DNA of 64,000 nt from Lama glama (GCA_028534125.1 CM052817.1:26104001-26168000), one strand, 5' to 3'; positions 26,063 to 38,650 are shown, numbered from the stretch's first letter. Notes: generated by a model not told the origin, from the sequence alone. Translations and numbers: made by a program.

Positions 26063-27115
26063 AAGCTGATTGAAGAATTCAGCAAGGTAGCAGGTTACAA
26101 AATTAATGTTCAAAAATCAGTTGCATTTCTTTACACTAATGATAAATTAACAGAAAAAGAAAGTAAAGAAACAATCCCCTTTAAAATAGCACCCAAAGTA
26201 ATAAAATATCTGGGAATAAATCTAACCAAGGAGGTGAAAGAATTATACACAGAAAACTATAAACCATTGATAAAGGAAATTAAAGAAGACTTTAAAAAAT
26301 GGAAAGATATTCCATGCTCTTGGATTGGAAGAATCAATATTGTTAAAATGGTCACACTGCCCAAGGCAATCTACAGATTTAATGCAATCCCTATCCAATT
26401 ACCCAGGACATATTTCACACAACTAGAACAAATCATAATAAAATTTATATGGAACCATCAAAGACCTAGAATTGCTAANNNNNNNNNNNNNNNNNNNNNN
26501 NNNNNNNNNNNNNNNNNNNNNNNNNNNNNNNNNNNNNNNNNNNNNNNNNNNNNNNNNNNNNNNNNNNNNNNNNNNNNNNNNNNNNNNNNNNNNNNNNNNN
26601 NNNNNNNNNNNNNNNNNNNNNNNNNNNNNNNNNNNNNNNNNNNNNNNNNNNNNNNNNNNNNNNNNNNNNNNNNNNNNNNNNNNNNNNNNNNNNNNNNNNN
26701 NNNNNNNNNNNNNNNNNNNNNNNNNNNNNNNNNNNNNNNNNNNNNNNNNNNNNNNNNNNNNNNNNNNNNNNNNNNNNNNNNNNNNNNNNNNNNNNNNNNN
26801 NNNNNNNNNNNNNNNNNNNNNNNNNNNNNNNNNNNNNNNNNNNNNNNNNNNNNNNNNNNNNNNNNNNNNNNNNNNNNNNNNNNNNNNNNNNNNNNNNNNN
26901 NNNNNNNNNNNNNNNNNNNNNNNNNNNNNNNNNNNNNNNNNNNNNNNNNNNNNNNNNNNNNNNNNNNNNNNNNNNNNNTATGATAAATCACAGAGAAAAA
27001 AATGTGACAATGAGTGTGTATATGTCCATGAATGACTGAAAAATTGTGCTGAACACTGGAATTTGACACAACATTGTAAAATGATTATAAATCAATAAAA
27101 AATGTTAAAAAAAAC
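26063..27115 (+). mobile_element. Young L1 with uninterrupted ORF2 segment spanning the assembly gap
   Basis: [18 protein letters not shown]...[15 protein letters not shown]...[14 protein letters not shown]...[11 protein letters not shown] with no stop up to the Ns; L1 3' end with AATAAA and A tail after the gap. Confidence 0.9.
26479..26978. other. Assembly gap (500 N)
   Basis: Run of N. Confidence 1.
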
Positions 27116-27199
27116 TGGAAGAAAAAAAAAAGAAAGTTGTTAAGAGTTCTCAGCACAAATAAGAAGATATTTTTTTCTTTCTTTAAAAAAAAAAAAAAC

Positions 27200-27511
27200 T
27201 ATCTCCAAGTCCTGTTAATGTAACCTCCCAGTCTGCTTAAATTTTGGCATTCACTCTTTTTTCAGTACCAATACTTCAGTCAGGGCCTAGACTAATACAA
27301 TAGTCTAACTGGCGATCCTGCCTAGAGACAAGCCCTCTACAAGCCATCCTCCATATTATTGCCACGATGATTTTCAAAGACTTCTCTCTGACCAGTCATT
27401 TCTCCACTCAAAACCATCTCATCCAGGGGGAGGGTATAACTCAAAGTGCTAGAACACATACTTTGTGTGCACGAGGTACTGGGTTCAATCCCTAGTACCT
27501 CCTCTAAAAAA

Positions 27512-27550
<39 letters not shown>

Positions 27551-28050
27551 ACAAACAAACAAACCTAATTACCTCCCTCCCTGCCCCCCGCCCCCCCAAA
27601 AACCTCTCATCCAGGACAAAGTTCAAATTCCTTTGCATGGCATAAATCACAATCTGGACCCCACATTCCACCTACACATTGCACTAGAATATTGGTCACA
27701 TCTTTGTTTCTGTACACATCATGTTCTTTATATGGCATGTCTGTTGTCTGGAATGTCCCTGCTGCATACCTATTCATTCTTTCATATGTGGGGACTACAC
27801 TGGTGTTCTGTGACACTTTCCTGCACCTCACAATGAGAATATCCTCCTTTGCACTATTTCACTCCTTAGCACATAATTCACTTGTTTCACACATCACACA
27901 CTGTTGTATTATTTTCTGGCATGGCTGTCATCCCAACTAGGCTGTGAGTGCCTTAAAGGCAGAGACTGCCTCATAGTTGTAATCCAATGCAAAGGATAGG
28001 CACTACATGGGCAGCTGCTCTAGAACAGTTCACTGAAGTGAACTGAAAAT
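27200..28050 (+). mobile_element. L2 LINE 3' relic, interrupted by a SINE
   Basis: CCAAGTCCTG...AAGTTCAAATTCCTTTGCATGGCAT...CTGGAATGTCC...CTAGGCTGTGAGTGCCTTAAAGGCAGAGACTG. Confidence 0.7.
27426..27598 (+). mobile_element. Full-length Vic-1-like SINE with internal (AAAT)n
   Basis: GGGGGAGGGTATAACTCAA...GGGTTCAATCCCTAGTACCTCC...(AAAT)n AAACCTAATTACCTCCC. TSD AAAACCATCTCATCCA / AAAACCTCTCATCCA. Confidence 0.95.
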
Positions 28051-28489
28051 CCTGCCACATTAAGAGAATTTAGGCAAGGCAGAGAAGACACAAAATGCCA
28101 AAAATGCCAAGCATAAACTTTTCAGTGGCTGAATTCTAGTATGACCACCCAGAGAGTCAGCTCTGAGTCACCACTTTTGAGTTTGAAAATGACATAAATG
28201 AAGCAATTGAACATAGAACCTAACCATTTGCTTTAAAGAGGGTTTCTTGCTAGCTATTTGGGGAAATACAAAATGATGTAAATACGTTTTTTTAAATAGA
28301 AAACCTGTGGAAATTCAAATCAAGTATTAGGCTACAAAGGTAGTTTACCTCCCCAGAGAGAATGAATAACTTGGAAGGGGGGAAAATGGTCTAAAGAAAA
28401 CTCCTGTTATTAATATAGTGTCTCTTCTTTTTCCTGCATTATCATGTTGTACTTTCTGAGAGACGGAACTCAATTTCTATTCCTACCAC

Positions 28490-28880
28490 TTAAAAGGGCC
28501 TCCAGTTCAATCTAAAAAGGCCAAACTCAGAGAAACAGAAAGTAGAGTGATAGGGGCTGCGGGATGTGGGAAATGAGGAGATATTGGTCAAAGGGTACAC
28601 ATTTTCAATTGTAAGATTAACAAGTTCTGGGAGTCTAATGGCCAGCATGGTGATTATAGCTAATAATACCATATTATATACTTGAAAGTTGCTAAGAGAA
28701 TGTATCTTAAATGTTCTCACCACAAAAACAAATGGTCAATACATGATAGGATGGAGGTAGTAGGTAATGTTATGGTGGTAATCACCATGCAGTCTGTAAG
28801 TGTATCAAATCATCACATTTGTACACCTTAAACTTACACAACGTTATGTGTCAATTATATCTCTAAAGCTGGGGGAAAGG
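28490..28880 (+). mobile_element. L1 (L1MA-type) 3'UTR fragment
   Basis: GCATGGTGATTATAGCTAATAATAC...TTGAAAGTTGCTAAGAGA...GTACACCTTAAACTTACA. Confidence 0.85.
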
Positions 28881-29399
28881 CCTCCACAGGCCTCCATTTT
28901 AACAATGAAATTGTTGAATTGCTGTCTGAAACTCTACATTTTAGAGGAAATATTGTAAATAGGATACTTCGTAGTCATTGTTTGTTTCGTGAGAGAACAG
29001 CTATAAAAATGCTTTGGAACAAGTAAACTATTTTTAAAAGCAAGGTTTTATACTAAACTTCCTATGATATATTTTAATAAATTAATCCCAAAATACTAAC
29101 TTATAATTATAGTATTTAATAGAATACATAAAAGGGCAATGTCATGAAAATTGATGTTCTGAGCAAGAAGAACAAGGAACAGAAGGTGTAATGATAACAG
29201 AAGACAGAGGGAAAAAAAGCGGAAATCATCAGCTCCTGCTTTACTTCTATTTTCTATCACTGAGAATTGTCCCCAAATTAGAAAGGGTAGACCTACATGG
29301 GAAATAGAGAATATAAGTCCAAGACAGGTGAGGATGTGAGAACGCACCTGGCCCCTTAACACAACTTTATCTCTTCAGTTTACTAAAATAATTTGAAAT

Positions 29400-30800
29400 G
29401 TGGTGGTAACTTTGCTGGGAACAGGAGAAATGCCAGAGACTGGACATAGACAAATGTCCCCCATTTTCCAAAAGAAGAAACTATAAGCCTGTGAGCACAT
29501 TTTCCCTTGGCAAAATTCTGGAATAGATAATTAAACAAGGATTTGTGAGTCTTTAGAAAAGTGGTGAAAACAAGGTTCAGCTTGAATTCAATAAGGAATA
29601 GGTGGATCTTTCTGACAGGGTTGCTACTTTCCCTGGTCTGACCCCTGCAGGGTCATAGGAGGGAAGAGAGTGGGCCTTGGTGTGGAATGAGGCTGAAATC
29701 CATTCCCAGCTCCACCACTTACTAAAAGTGAGACTTGGACACTTAACTTCTCCAGTCTGTCATGTAACCCAAATGTAATTCCAGGGCCTTCCTGGAGACC
29801 AATTTCACACACTGGTCTTATCATAAAACAACAATAACAATTCAAACTTTGAAGGCATTGATAAATAATGGGGATTATCTTATACATGACACAACAGAAA
29901 CTTCATAAAAATCCCCTTATCTTACTTGATGCTTTATCTAAAATTCCTCCCCTAGGGAATCTACGCCATCTCCTTCACTTTTAACTCCCTCAAGACAACA
30001 ATAACAACACCCCACCACTTTCTCCACAGCCTCTCCAGGTATATTTCTGCTTTCTCACCAGTCAGTAAAACAACAATATTTTAAAAAAATACGTGGTTAC
30101 CTAGACCACAAGCATGTATGCCCTAGGGAACCTGAAGTCTTCTGCCATAACAAAAATTTATAATTCCTACCTTAGAGAGTTCTTGAGAGGACTAAATTTA
30201 AAATAATATATGAAAAAGCCTTGGCCTGGTCACTCAACAAGTAGTGGCCATTTTTATTCATCTCTGCTCTTACTGCTGTGGTAGTTCAAGAAAGTAGTGT
30301 GAACCTTATATACTTCCTTATTTTTTTAAAGGCGTTTGACAAATGTTAATGGACAAGGAGGCCTGGATGATAGTACAGTTTGTTGAAATGATTTATACAA
30401 AGGTGAAATAGAAGTTTTCATCAGTTGGTCAAACGCCTTTATAGCCCTATCCTGTTCAACATTTTCATGAATCACTTAACACATAAATGAGCATATTGGA
30501 AGCTCATCATCAGGTTTGCAGGTAATATAAAATGGGGGGTGTTGAATAGAAAATAAGCTAAATGACAGAAGATGCCAGAAGACCTAGAAAGGCTGATACA
30601 AAAAGTAATTTAATATAGGTTAATGTAAAATCGAGTATATGTGCTTTAAAAAACCCTGCTGCTTAAAAACAGAATTGTGAGCTTGGATTTATTTATATTT
30701 CAAGTGAAAAAAAAATTGGAAAATCTCCTTGACTACAAGGTCAAAATGAGCATCCAGTGTTGTATGAAAGTTAAACAGCAACTACTGCCCTGCAGATAGA
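29400..30800 (+). mobile_element. CR1/L3 RT relic, interrupted at ~29690-30260 by a MIR and an LTR-like insert
   Basis: TNVPHFPK / NYKPVS / GKILE*IIKQ followed by KAFDK, PILFNIFMNHL and IRFAG, resembling CR1 RT motifs NYRPVSL..GKILEQI, KAFD, PVLFNIFINDL and KFADD. Confidence 0.75.
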
Positions 30801-31686
30801 ATGCAGAGAGAGGTGTCTGGTTTTGGTTTATACTCTCACTTCCCTACAGCACAGGGTAGTGGTATCACAGCCTCAGGAGCCGAGGTTCTAGTCTTGGTTC
30901 CAAGCACTAGTTACCTGCATGACTTTGGCAAGCTTGGGTGAACTTCTCTGGGAGCTTCTTAATCTTGAAAAGAGAAGTAGGGAGGGAAATTTGGGCTAAA
31001 TTATTTCTAGAAGAACTTCTGGCCATGAAATTCAATTTCAATTATTTAATTCAACACTACTTCCTATTTTAAGTAATTTACTTTAGCAGATTAACTTACT
31101 GCCACTTTAGCTATGAGGAATGTATTAGTGGTTGTAAATGTTATAAACCCAAATCAAATTATTTTAGATAAAGTATAGAAGTATATAGCTCTCAGAATGT
31201 GAAGAATGGTTAACGCAGCCATGGGAAGAACAGAGAAGTTGGGCCTCATAAAGAGTGACTTTGGTTCTAAGGGAAGTAAGCTTTGGAACTGGTCAGTTGA
31301 TTGAGATGGGTAAGCCACCTTACCCATGATTTAGGAAATGATTTAGGAAAAGAGGAAGGAAGAGGCAATATGACTTAAGTTTGCTGAATGTCTACTATGT
31401 GTCAGGTTCTACACTAAGCTATTTCAAGTATAGTATCTTCTTTAATCCTTACCAAAAAGTATAAAACTCAAGTTCAGAGTTGTTTATGAAACTTGCCTAA
31501 AGTTAAGTAGTAGAACCAAGTAAGTGGCAATGGATAGTATGATTTTAAGTGGTTTGGCCTAATGATGCTTGACTCACAATGTGCTTGCAAATGTGGCTTT
31601 ATAATGGTAGCACAGTTTTAGTGCTTACTGTATAATAGGAACTATTCTAATTGCTCTTTGTATGTTAACTTTTTAATAGCTTTTAA

Positions 31687-31860
31687 AATCTTTTTTAAAA
31701 AACACTTAATTTATTTACTATTGTATCATTTTATTTTATTTTATCTTGTTGTGGGGAGGTAATTAGGTTTATTTATTTTTAGAGGAGATACTGGCTATTG
31801 AACCCAGGACCTCAAGCATGCTAAGCATGCACTCTACCACGTGAGCTACATCCTCCCCCC
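31687..31860 (-). mobile_element. Vic-1-like SINE
   Basis: GGGGAGGTAATTAGGTTT...ATTGAACCCAGGACCTC...GCTAAGCATGCACTCTACCAC. TSD TTAATAGCTTTTAA (31673-31686) / TTAATTGCTTTTAA (31861-31874). Confidence 0.95.
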
Positions 31861-31874
31861 TTAATTGCTTTTAA

Positions 31875-34258
31875 TGTCGAAATAATTATAGATCCACAGA
31901 AGTTGCAAAAATAGTACAGAGGGGTCCCATGTACATTCACTCAGTTTCTCCCAATAGTTACCTCTTACATAATTATAGTACAATAACAAAACCAGGAATT
32001 TGACATCACTACAATGTGTATGTTTAGTTCTATGTAATTTTCTCACATAATGGAGATTTGTATAACCACATTTAAACTTATTGGTGCTGACATTTTACCT
32101 TACCTCCTTTTATGTCATTTTATCCTCCCCCATTTATAAATATAATTGCCTTACATATTTCCTCTGCATACATTGAGAACCACAGTAGGCAGTGTTATAA
32201 TTTTTGCTTTAACTGCTAAACATAACTTAGAAAACCCAAGACAAGGAAAATCTGTTGTACTTACCTATATTTTTGCTCTTTCCATATTCTTTCTTCCTTT
32301 CTGATATTCCAAGATTTTTTTCTCCCATCATTTCCTTTCTGTTTAGAGGAGAACTTCCTTTGGCCATTCTTGTAGGGTAGGTCTAATTTGGTGAATTTGG
32401 TGTCATAGTCTCTTAGTTTCCTTAGTTTTCCTAATTGAGGATATCTCAATTAATCCTTCATTTCTGAAGGATATTGTCTCTGAACATAGAATTCTCAGTT
32501 GACAGTTCTTTTCTTTCCACAGTTCAAAAGTGTTGTACCACTTCCTTCTGGCCTCTGTGGTTTCTGATGAGAAATCTATTATTCCAATTATTTTCCCCTA
32601 TAGGTAATGTTTCATTTCTGACGGCTTTCAAGATCTTTCTTTAGCTTCTGTTTTCAGACAATTGATTATGATGTGCCTTGACATGGATTTAAGAATCTTG
32701 TTCAATATAATCATAAACTGTATGTTTATGTTTTTTGCCAAATTTGGGAAGTTTTCAGCCATTGTTTCTTCAAATGCTTTTTCAGCCCTGCTCTACCTCC
32801 TCTCCTTTCAGGACTCTGATAATATGAATGTTAGTTTTTTTTTTTTTATAGTCCCACAAGTCCTCAAGATTCTGTTCCTCTTTAAAAAAAAAACAATTTT
32901 CTCAGTTGTTCAGAATGGATAATGTCTATTCTTCTATCTTCAAGTTCACTGCTTCTTTATTCCGTCCTCTCCATTCTTCTGTTGAACTCATCCATTAGGA
33001 TTTTTATTTTGGTTATTTATTTTTTAGCTCTAAATTTCCATTTGGTTCTGCTCTATATCTTGTTTCTTTTTTTCTAAGACTTTACTTTTTTGCTAAAAAT
33101 TTCTGTTTTTTCTTTGTTTCAAGTATTCTTATAATTGCTTATTGAAGGCTACTTTAAAATTCTTGTCAAGTAATTCTAATATCTGTGTCCTCTTGATGTT
33201 AGAATCTGTTAATTGTCTTTTTCTCATTCACTTTGAGATTTTCTTTGTTTTTGGTATTTATAATGAATGATTTTTTTTGTTGAAACCTGGGCATTTGGGA
33301 TGTTATAATAAGACTCTAGATCTTATTTAGATCTTGTGTTTTAGCAAGCTTCCTCTGACACTGCTCTGGGGAAGGGAGTGGAAAGAGGGCAGGGGTTGCT
33401 ACCTCATCAGTGCCAGATGCAGGTGAAAGTTTTGGTACTCCTCTGTAATACCCTGGGTGGAGGAAGGGGCAGTTCATTACTGGTGAGTGGAGGTGGGAGT
33501 TCTGGCTCCCTCTGTGATCTCTGCCAACTCTGCGGAGATGTGTATGGCGTTGTTAGAACTGATGGATGGTGGAAGTCCTGACTTTCTACTGGGCTTACTC
33601 TGACATCACTAGGCGAGGAGGAGGAGGGGTGCCTTGGGTGCAGATGAAAGTCTAGGCCCCCCATATGGTCTCCACTGACACCTGGGGTAGAGGTGGGGGT
33701 ATCTGGTGCTCTTTACCAGCAAGAAGACATGAAAGACATGGCTCTCCAATTGGCTTTCTCTGTTACTATCCTGGCAGAGTGTTTGGGGTGACTCATTACA
33801 GCCTGGAAAGACTGGAAACCTTGGCTCCCCACTGTGCCTTTGCAGGAGACTGTGTAGGTGGAATTGAAGTTTTTTTTCTGTGATGTTTGTCTGAAGTAGA
33901 GCAGTTATTGTTTAAAGATTTTCTGACTTGCTGGACTGCCCCTTTCCTGGTCTTTCAGTTAGAGAGAGAGAGCATGCTTTTCTTGGGCTTTTTTTCGGTC
34001 TGTGACCATTGGTGTTTCCAAGCTGCTGGCTTCTCCAGTATCCAGTCTGGAATATATCTAGTGAAAAGAAAATCCAAGGAACTCACCACTATGTTATTCC
34101 TTGTGTCCTGACATCTTTAGCTGGTATGCTTTCCCCTCTCTACTTCCTAGGGTCTTATATTTTGTTTTATACAGTATATTCAGTGATTTTAGTTGCACTT
34201 AACGGAAGGAATAGGGAAAAGTACAGCTGTTCCATTTCTTCCTGGAAGTAGAAGTCTG
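31875..34258 (-). mobile_element. Old L1 (L1MC-like) with 5'UTR and ORF1 joined to the 3' end, ORF2 largely absent; inserted in a MIR
   Basis: 3'-end text CACAGAAGTTGCAAAAATAGTACAGAG; ORF1-like antisense text GTTTCTGATGAGAAATC and TTTGGGAAGTTTTCAGCCATT; GC-richer 5'UTR at ~33350-34258. MIR halves at ~31610-31670 and ~34262-34440. Confidence 0.7.
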
Positions 34259-34261
34259 CTA

Positions 34262-34440
34262 GATTTAAAATCTTCATAACAATCCTATAAGGTAACTACA
34301 ATTACAGCTATTTCAGATAGGGAAGCTGAAGTACAGAGAAGTTAAGTCATTTGTCCAAGATCATACAGCTAGTAAGTGGGGTGATGAGATTCAAACTGAG
34401 GCAATCTTGTTTCAGAGCTGATGATCATGACCACCATGTG
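34262..34440 (-). mobile_element. MIR SINE (second half of a split copy)
   Basis: AATCTTCATAACAATCCTATAAGGTA...CAGATAGGGAAGCTGAAGTACAGAGAAGTTAAGTCATTTGTCCAAGATCATACAGCTAGTAAGTGG. Confidence 0.85.
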
Positions 34441-34524
34441 GCCTTATCACAGCCAATCACTTATTCATCTCTTCATTCACAAAGAATTTTTTTGGCCAGT
34501 GAAACTATTCTGTATGATACATAA

Positions 34525-37500
34525 GAGTGGTTTCAATCCAGTGTGAAAACATACAGACCATGACTACAAATATATTTGTACCTATGAGAAGAAGGAATTT
34601 GTACGAAATCCATTTGCCAGACTTGGAATGATCCATTGGGCAATTTAAAATGCCTGGGTCAGTATGAACAGGCTTCCCTAGGTTGTACTTCAAGTAACTG
34701 GGACAAGTTAGATACTTTTTGCATCCTTGTTAATATTTCCCCACCAATATTGATTCAAAAAGGGTATCATTTTGTCAGTAGATCAACAGTTTATTTCATG
34801 TACAATGGTGGGGAACAGGAATTTTAGAGTCTCTGGTTTAGGGTACTGGGTTGTTATCTGGTACCAACCAGAGCTTTTTCCTTCTATCAAGTCAACAATT
34901 GTTGAATTTCCAATCTTCTCTTTCCTTTTCTGAGGCCAGTTGTTGGCCTTCTCTAATCAGGTTTTCTGCTGTCAAATTCTCTCCTTTTGGGAGAGAAAAA
35001 TTCTGGCATGATATTTCTTTAAGAAATCTCAACCTAATAAATGGGTAGGGGCAGAGGAATTAAGGAGAAAAGGGTATGTATCTCTCAAAGGGCCTAAACA
35101 AATGGGAACAGGTTCAGAGACAGGAATTTCTGGAGGTTTATTAGAGATCCACACTATTTGAACTGTCTTAGGCTCTAAGGCAAGGGCTAATTTGTAGTAG
35201 TTGGGTCAGGCACCAAGAGTGTGGTGCCAGTGTCAGTTAAGACTGGAAGAGATTAATCCCCAGTCTGGAAAAATGCTTTTCCAAGCTAATTAAGAGAGAG
35301 GATTTGGAAGATCCCCTGTAGGTCCTTGGAGCCCCATGATTGAAAATTGAGAGGATACTGGAAAGGCTGGGTAGAGGGCTAGAGCCTTCATTTGTTGGAG
35401 TTGAAGATTAAGAATATGGGTGGCCTTCCTTTCAGGTGACTCATCTAGAGTGTGAGAGAGCTGATTTCCCAGATTAACTAAATCTGGAGTGACAGTTTCA
35501 CCTTCCACCCTAGTTCTTTTTACTTAAGGTCCCAATTCAGCCCACTAGTAAACAGAGTTAAAAGCTACCTGGATGTAAGACAAGACACAATAAATCTCCT
35601 AGAAGAAAACATAAGCAAAACATTCTCTGACATAAATCTTAGCAACGTCCTCCTAGAGCAGTCTACCCAGGCAATGAAAATAAGAGCAAAAATAAACAAA
35701 TGGGACTGATTAATTAAACTCATAAGCTTTTGCACAGCAAAGGAAACCAAAAGCAAAACAAAATGACAACCTACAGAATGGGAGAAAATATTTGCAAATG
35801 ATGCAACTGACAAAGGCTTAATTTGCAGAATATATAAACAGCTCATACAGCTCATAATAAAAAACAAACAACCCAATCCAAAAATGGGCAGAAGACCTAA
35901 ACAAGCATTTCTCTAATGAAGACATACTAATGGCCAATAGACATATGAAATAATGCTCAATATCACTGTATCAGAGAAATGCAAATCAAAACTACAATGA
36001 GGTATCAACTCACACCTGTTAGAATGGTCATCATCCAAAAGTCCAATAACGATAAATGCTGGAGAGGATGTGGAGAAAAGGGAACCCTCCTACACTGTTG
36101 GTGGGAATGTAGTTTGGTGCAGCCATTATGGAAAACAGTATGGAGATTTCTCAAAAAACTAAAAATAGACTTACCATATGATCTAGCAATCCCACTTTGG
36201 GTATATATCCAGAGGGAACCCTAAGTTGAAAAGATACATGCACCCCAATGTTCATAGCAGCACTATATATAATAGCCAAGACATGGAAGCAAATTAAATG
36301 TCCATCAACAAATGACTGGATAAAGAAGTTGTGGTATATTTATATGGTGGAATATTACTCTGCCATAAAAAAGAATAAAATAATGCCATTTGCAGCAACA
36401 TGGATGCTCCTGGAGAAAGTCATTCTAAGTGAAGTAAGTCAGAAAGAGAAAGAAAAATACCATATGCTATCCCTCATATGTGGTATCTAAAAAGGGGGGG
36501 GGATACTATGAACTCATCTACAAAACAGAAACAGACTCACAGACTTAGTAAACAATCTTATGGTTACCAGGAAAAGGGGGTGGGAGGGGATAAACTTTGG
36601 AGATTGAGATTTACAAATGTTAGCCAGTATATATAAAAATGATTTTTAAAAAGTTTCTTTTGTATAGCACAGGGAACTATGTTCAATATCTTGTAATAAC
36701 CTTTAATGGAAAAAATATGAAAATAAATATATGTGTGTACACGCATGACTGGGACATAGTGCTGTATACCAGAGAGACACATTGTAATAGACTGTACTTC
36801 AATTTAAAAAAAAGTGAGGAAAAAAAAAAGAAAAAAAAAACTACCTGGATGGAATCAACATCTGATGGAAAACCAGAATTTTCTTTAAAAGTAATCTAAA
36901 GGCAATTGTAATAGTCATTAACAGATTCATCAGATTTTTGTGTGCAAGCCTAAATTTTGTTTCAATCAATAGACTTTGGAAAAGCTCTAGGAATTGCTTG
37001 ATGGAGTTGCCTAGCTTGCCAGAGTCTGATCATATAATAAGTTAGCAGACTGGTCTCTGGTTATAATTATAGAGACCTTTCAGGATTTTCCCAATTAGCA
37101 GTTTTCATCTAATGCTAGGCCTGGCCTTCACCAACAATCATATGAATTAGCTGCTATAAGTCAGAGAAACCAGGTTGATAAGTTTAAATGATATATTTAA
37201 TTCCTCAGCAAATTATGAGGATCTTCAGTTACTTTGGGAAAATATTTGACTATGGCTTGCAGTTCAGCCTAAGTACAGGGAATATAAGAAATTAAGGATT
37301 TACCGTTTGGATTCTCAGAAGGCTTAATTTTAAAAGGACAGGTTCTGACAAGTTCAGAGGAAAAGGGACTAGGGAGAGTTTCAGAGAAAAGGGGAAGTTT
37401 GGTGAGAGAATTTGTTTGGGAGGCTTTCAGGGTATAGAGGAGACATAGATGGCATAGAAGGGAAGTGGGAAGATGGCACCAGGGGTGAAGTCTAGCCACA

Positions 37501-37990
37501 AGGAATCTAGAGAGAGAGAGAAGATGGCACTGGAGGTGGAGCCAGAGACATAGAAGCCAAGGAAGAAGAGCCTTAAACTTTGGGAGCCATTGTACCCTTC
37601 TTTAATTGTCTGCCTCAGTTTATCTTAAAATTTTGTTTTACAGAGGCAATTTAGACTCCTGATAATGTTGAGAAGCCTCAAAATGCCAATGGAAATTAAG
37701 CATTCCACTCAGTTCTGGAAATGTCTGAGCTATTGTAATTTAATATGGCTTTAAAGAAATTAAATTCAAGAATTTCAAATGTTCCCCATAATGCCATTGA
37801 TATCCTGATATTTGGTCAGGTCAGTCCATTTAGCTAGAAATGTGCATGAGCAAGGACCATGGTTTTTAAATATAAAATCAGCTGGTACCCTGTAAGATGG
37901 AGCACCCTCAATTTAAATAACTAGGATCTTGTTTCTCAGAGGTTTTTCTCTAGAGTGAAAGAATAATTTTCAAATAGCTTGCAAGCTAAT
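34525..37990 (-). mobile_element. ERV1 (MER4/MER34-group-like) internal relic: gag, protease end, integrase start; interrupted by an L1
   Basis: Minus strand: PADFIFKNHGPCSCTFLAKW and AELQAIVKYFPKVTEDPH (gag); FLLNSSAPTHLLG*DFL (protease); FQVWQMDFVQ and VMVCMFSHWIE (integrase). Confidence 0.85.
35576..36840 (+). mobile_element. 5'-truncated younger L1 inserted into the ERV1
   Basis: [16 protein letters not shown]...[18 protein letters not shown] (ORF2 C-terminus); poly-A; TSD CTACCTGGATG at 35565-35575 and 36841-36851. Confidence 0.95.
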
Positions 37991-38303
37991 CACAGTCAAT
38001 TCTAAGGGAACAGCTTGGTCCTGAGTTTATTTGTGATCAGTAAAGAATTACAATTTGGGGTCTGCAACCACATGCAGTCCCCATCATGGCAAGAGAAAAA
38101 CAGTTTTATAGAGGAGAAAAGGAAGTTGGGAAGTCTATAGTAAATAAAGAGTCTGTGGCTTTTCATTGGCTGAGTCCTTGCTAGGGAAGAAGAGGAATCT
38201 TTCTCCTTCCTATTGGGCTCTGCTGACAAGCAGAGCAAGAGAACTTCTCATTCTAATCTCCCAGTTCTATTTAATTGAGATTTATTTTAATTAATTTTTA
38301 CAT
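37990..38303 (-). mobile_element. 5' LTR (partial) of the ERV1
   Basis: Minus strand starts TGTAAAAT, with two CCAAT boxes, CTATAAAA and AATAAA; lies upstream of gag. Confidence 0.75.
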
Positions 38304-38419
38304 GTACTGCATTCAATATTTCTAAAATGTTTCAGTTGATATTTTTTCTTTCTTTTATAAGTAGTCATAGCATCTACAAATAATTATAATTTTGTCCCCT
38401 GTTTTCTGATTATTATAAT

Positions 38420-38650
38420 TGAGCATAGAATTTATGGGTGTAGGCTCTGGAATCAAAAGACCTGTGGGAATCTTGTCTTTTTCATTTCCTAGTATTTAAC
38501 TTACTATTGGGCAAGTTATTTAACTTGCCATGTTTCAGTTTCCTCATCTGCAAAATGAAGTTATTATGAGATTAAGAGTTAATTTACATTTTAATAACTT
38601 AGCCACATGTGTAAAGTACCTGACCCATACCTGGCATTAAGTAAGTGTTC
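38420..38650 (+). mobile_element. MIR SINE
   Basis: TTGGGCAAGTTATTTAACTT...TCAGTTTCCTCATCTGCAAAATG. Confidence 0.8.

Noticed and set aside
26423..27069. ORFs of 187-249 aa containing X runs
   Set aside because: Produced by the N gap; only the L1 ORF2 part before 26479 is real.
28027..28046. Palindrome CAGTTCACT-GA-AGTGAACTG
   Set aside because: Short and located in the degenerate tail of an L2; likely incidental.
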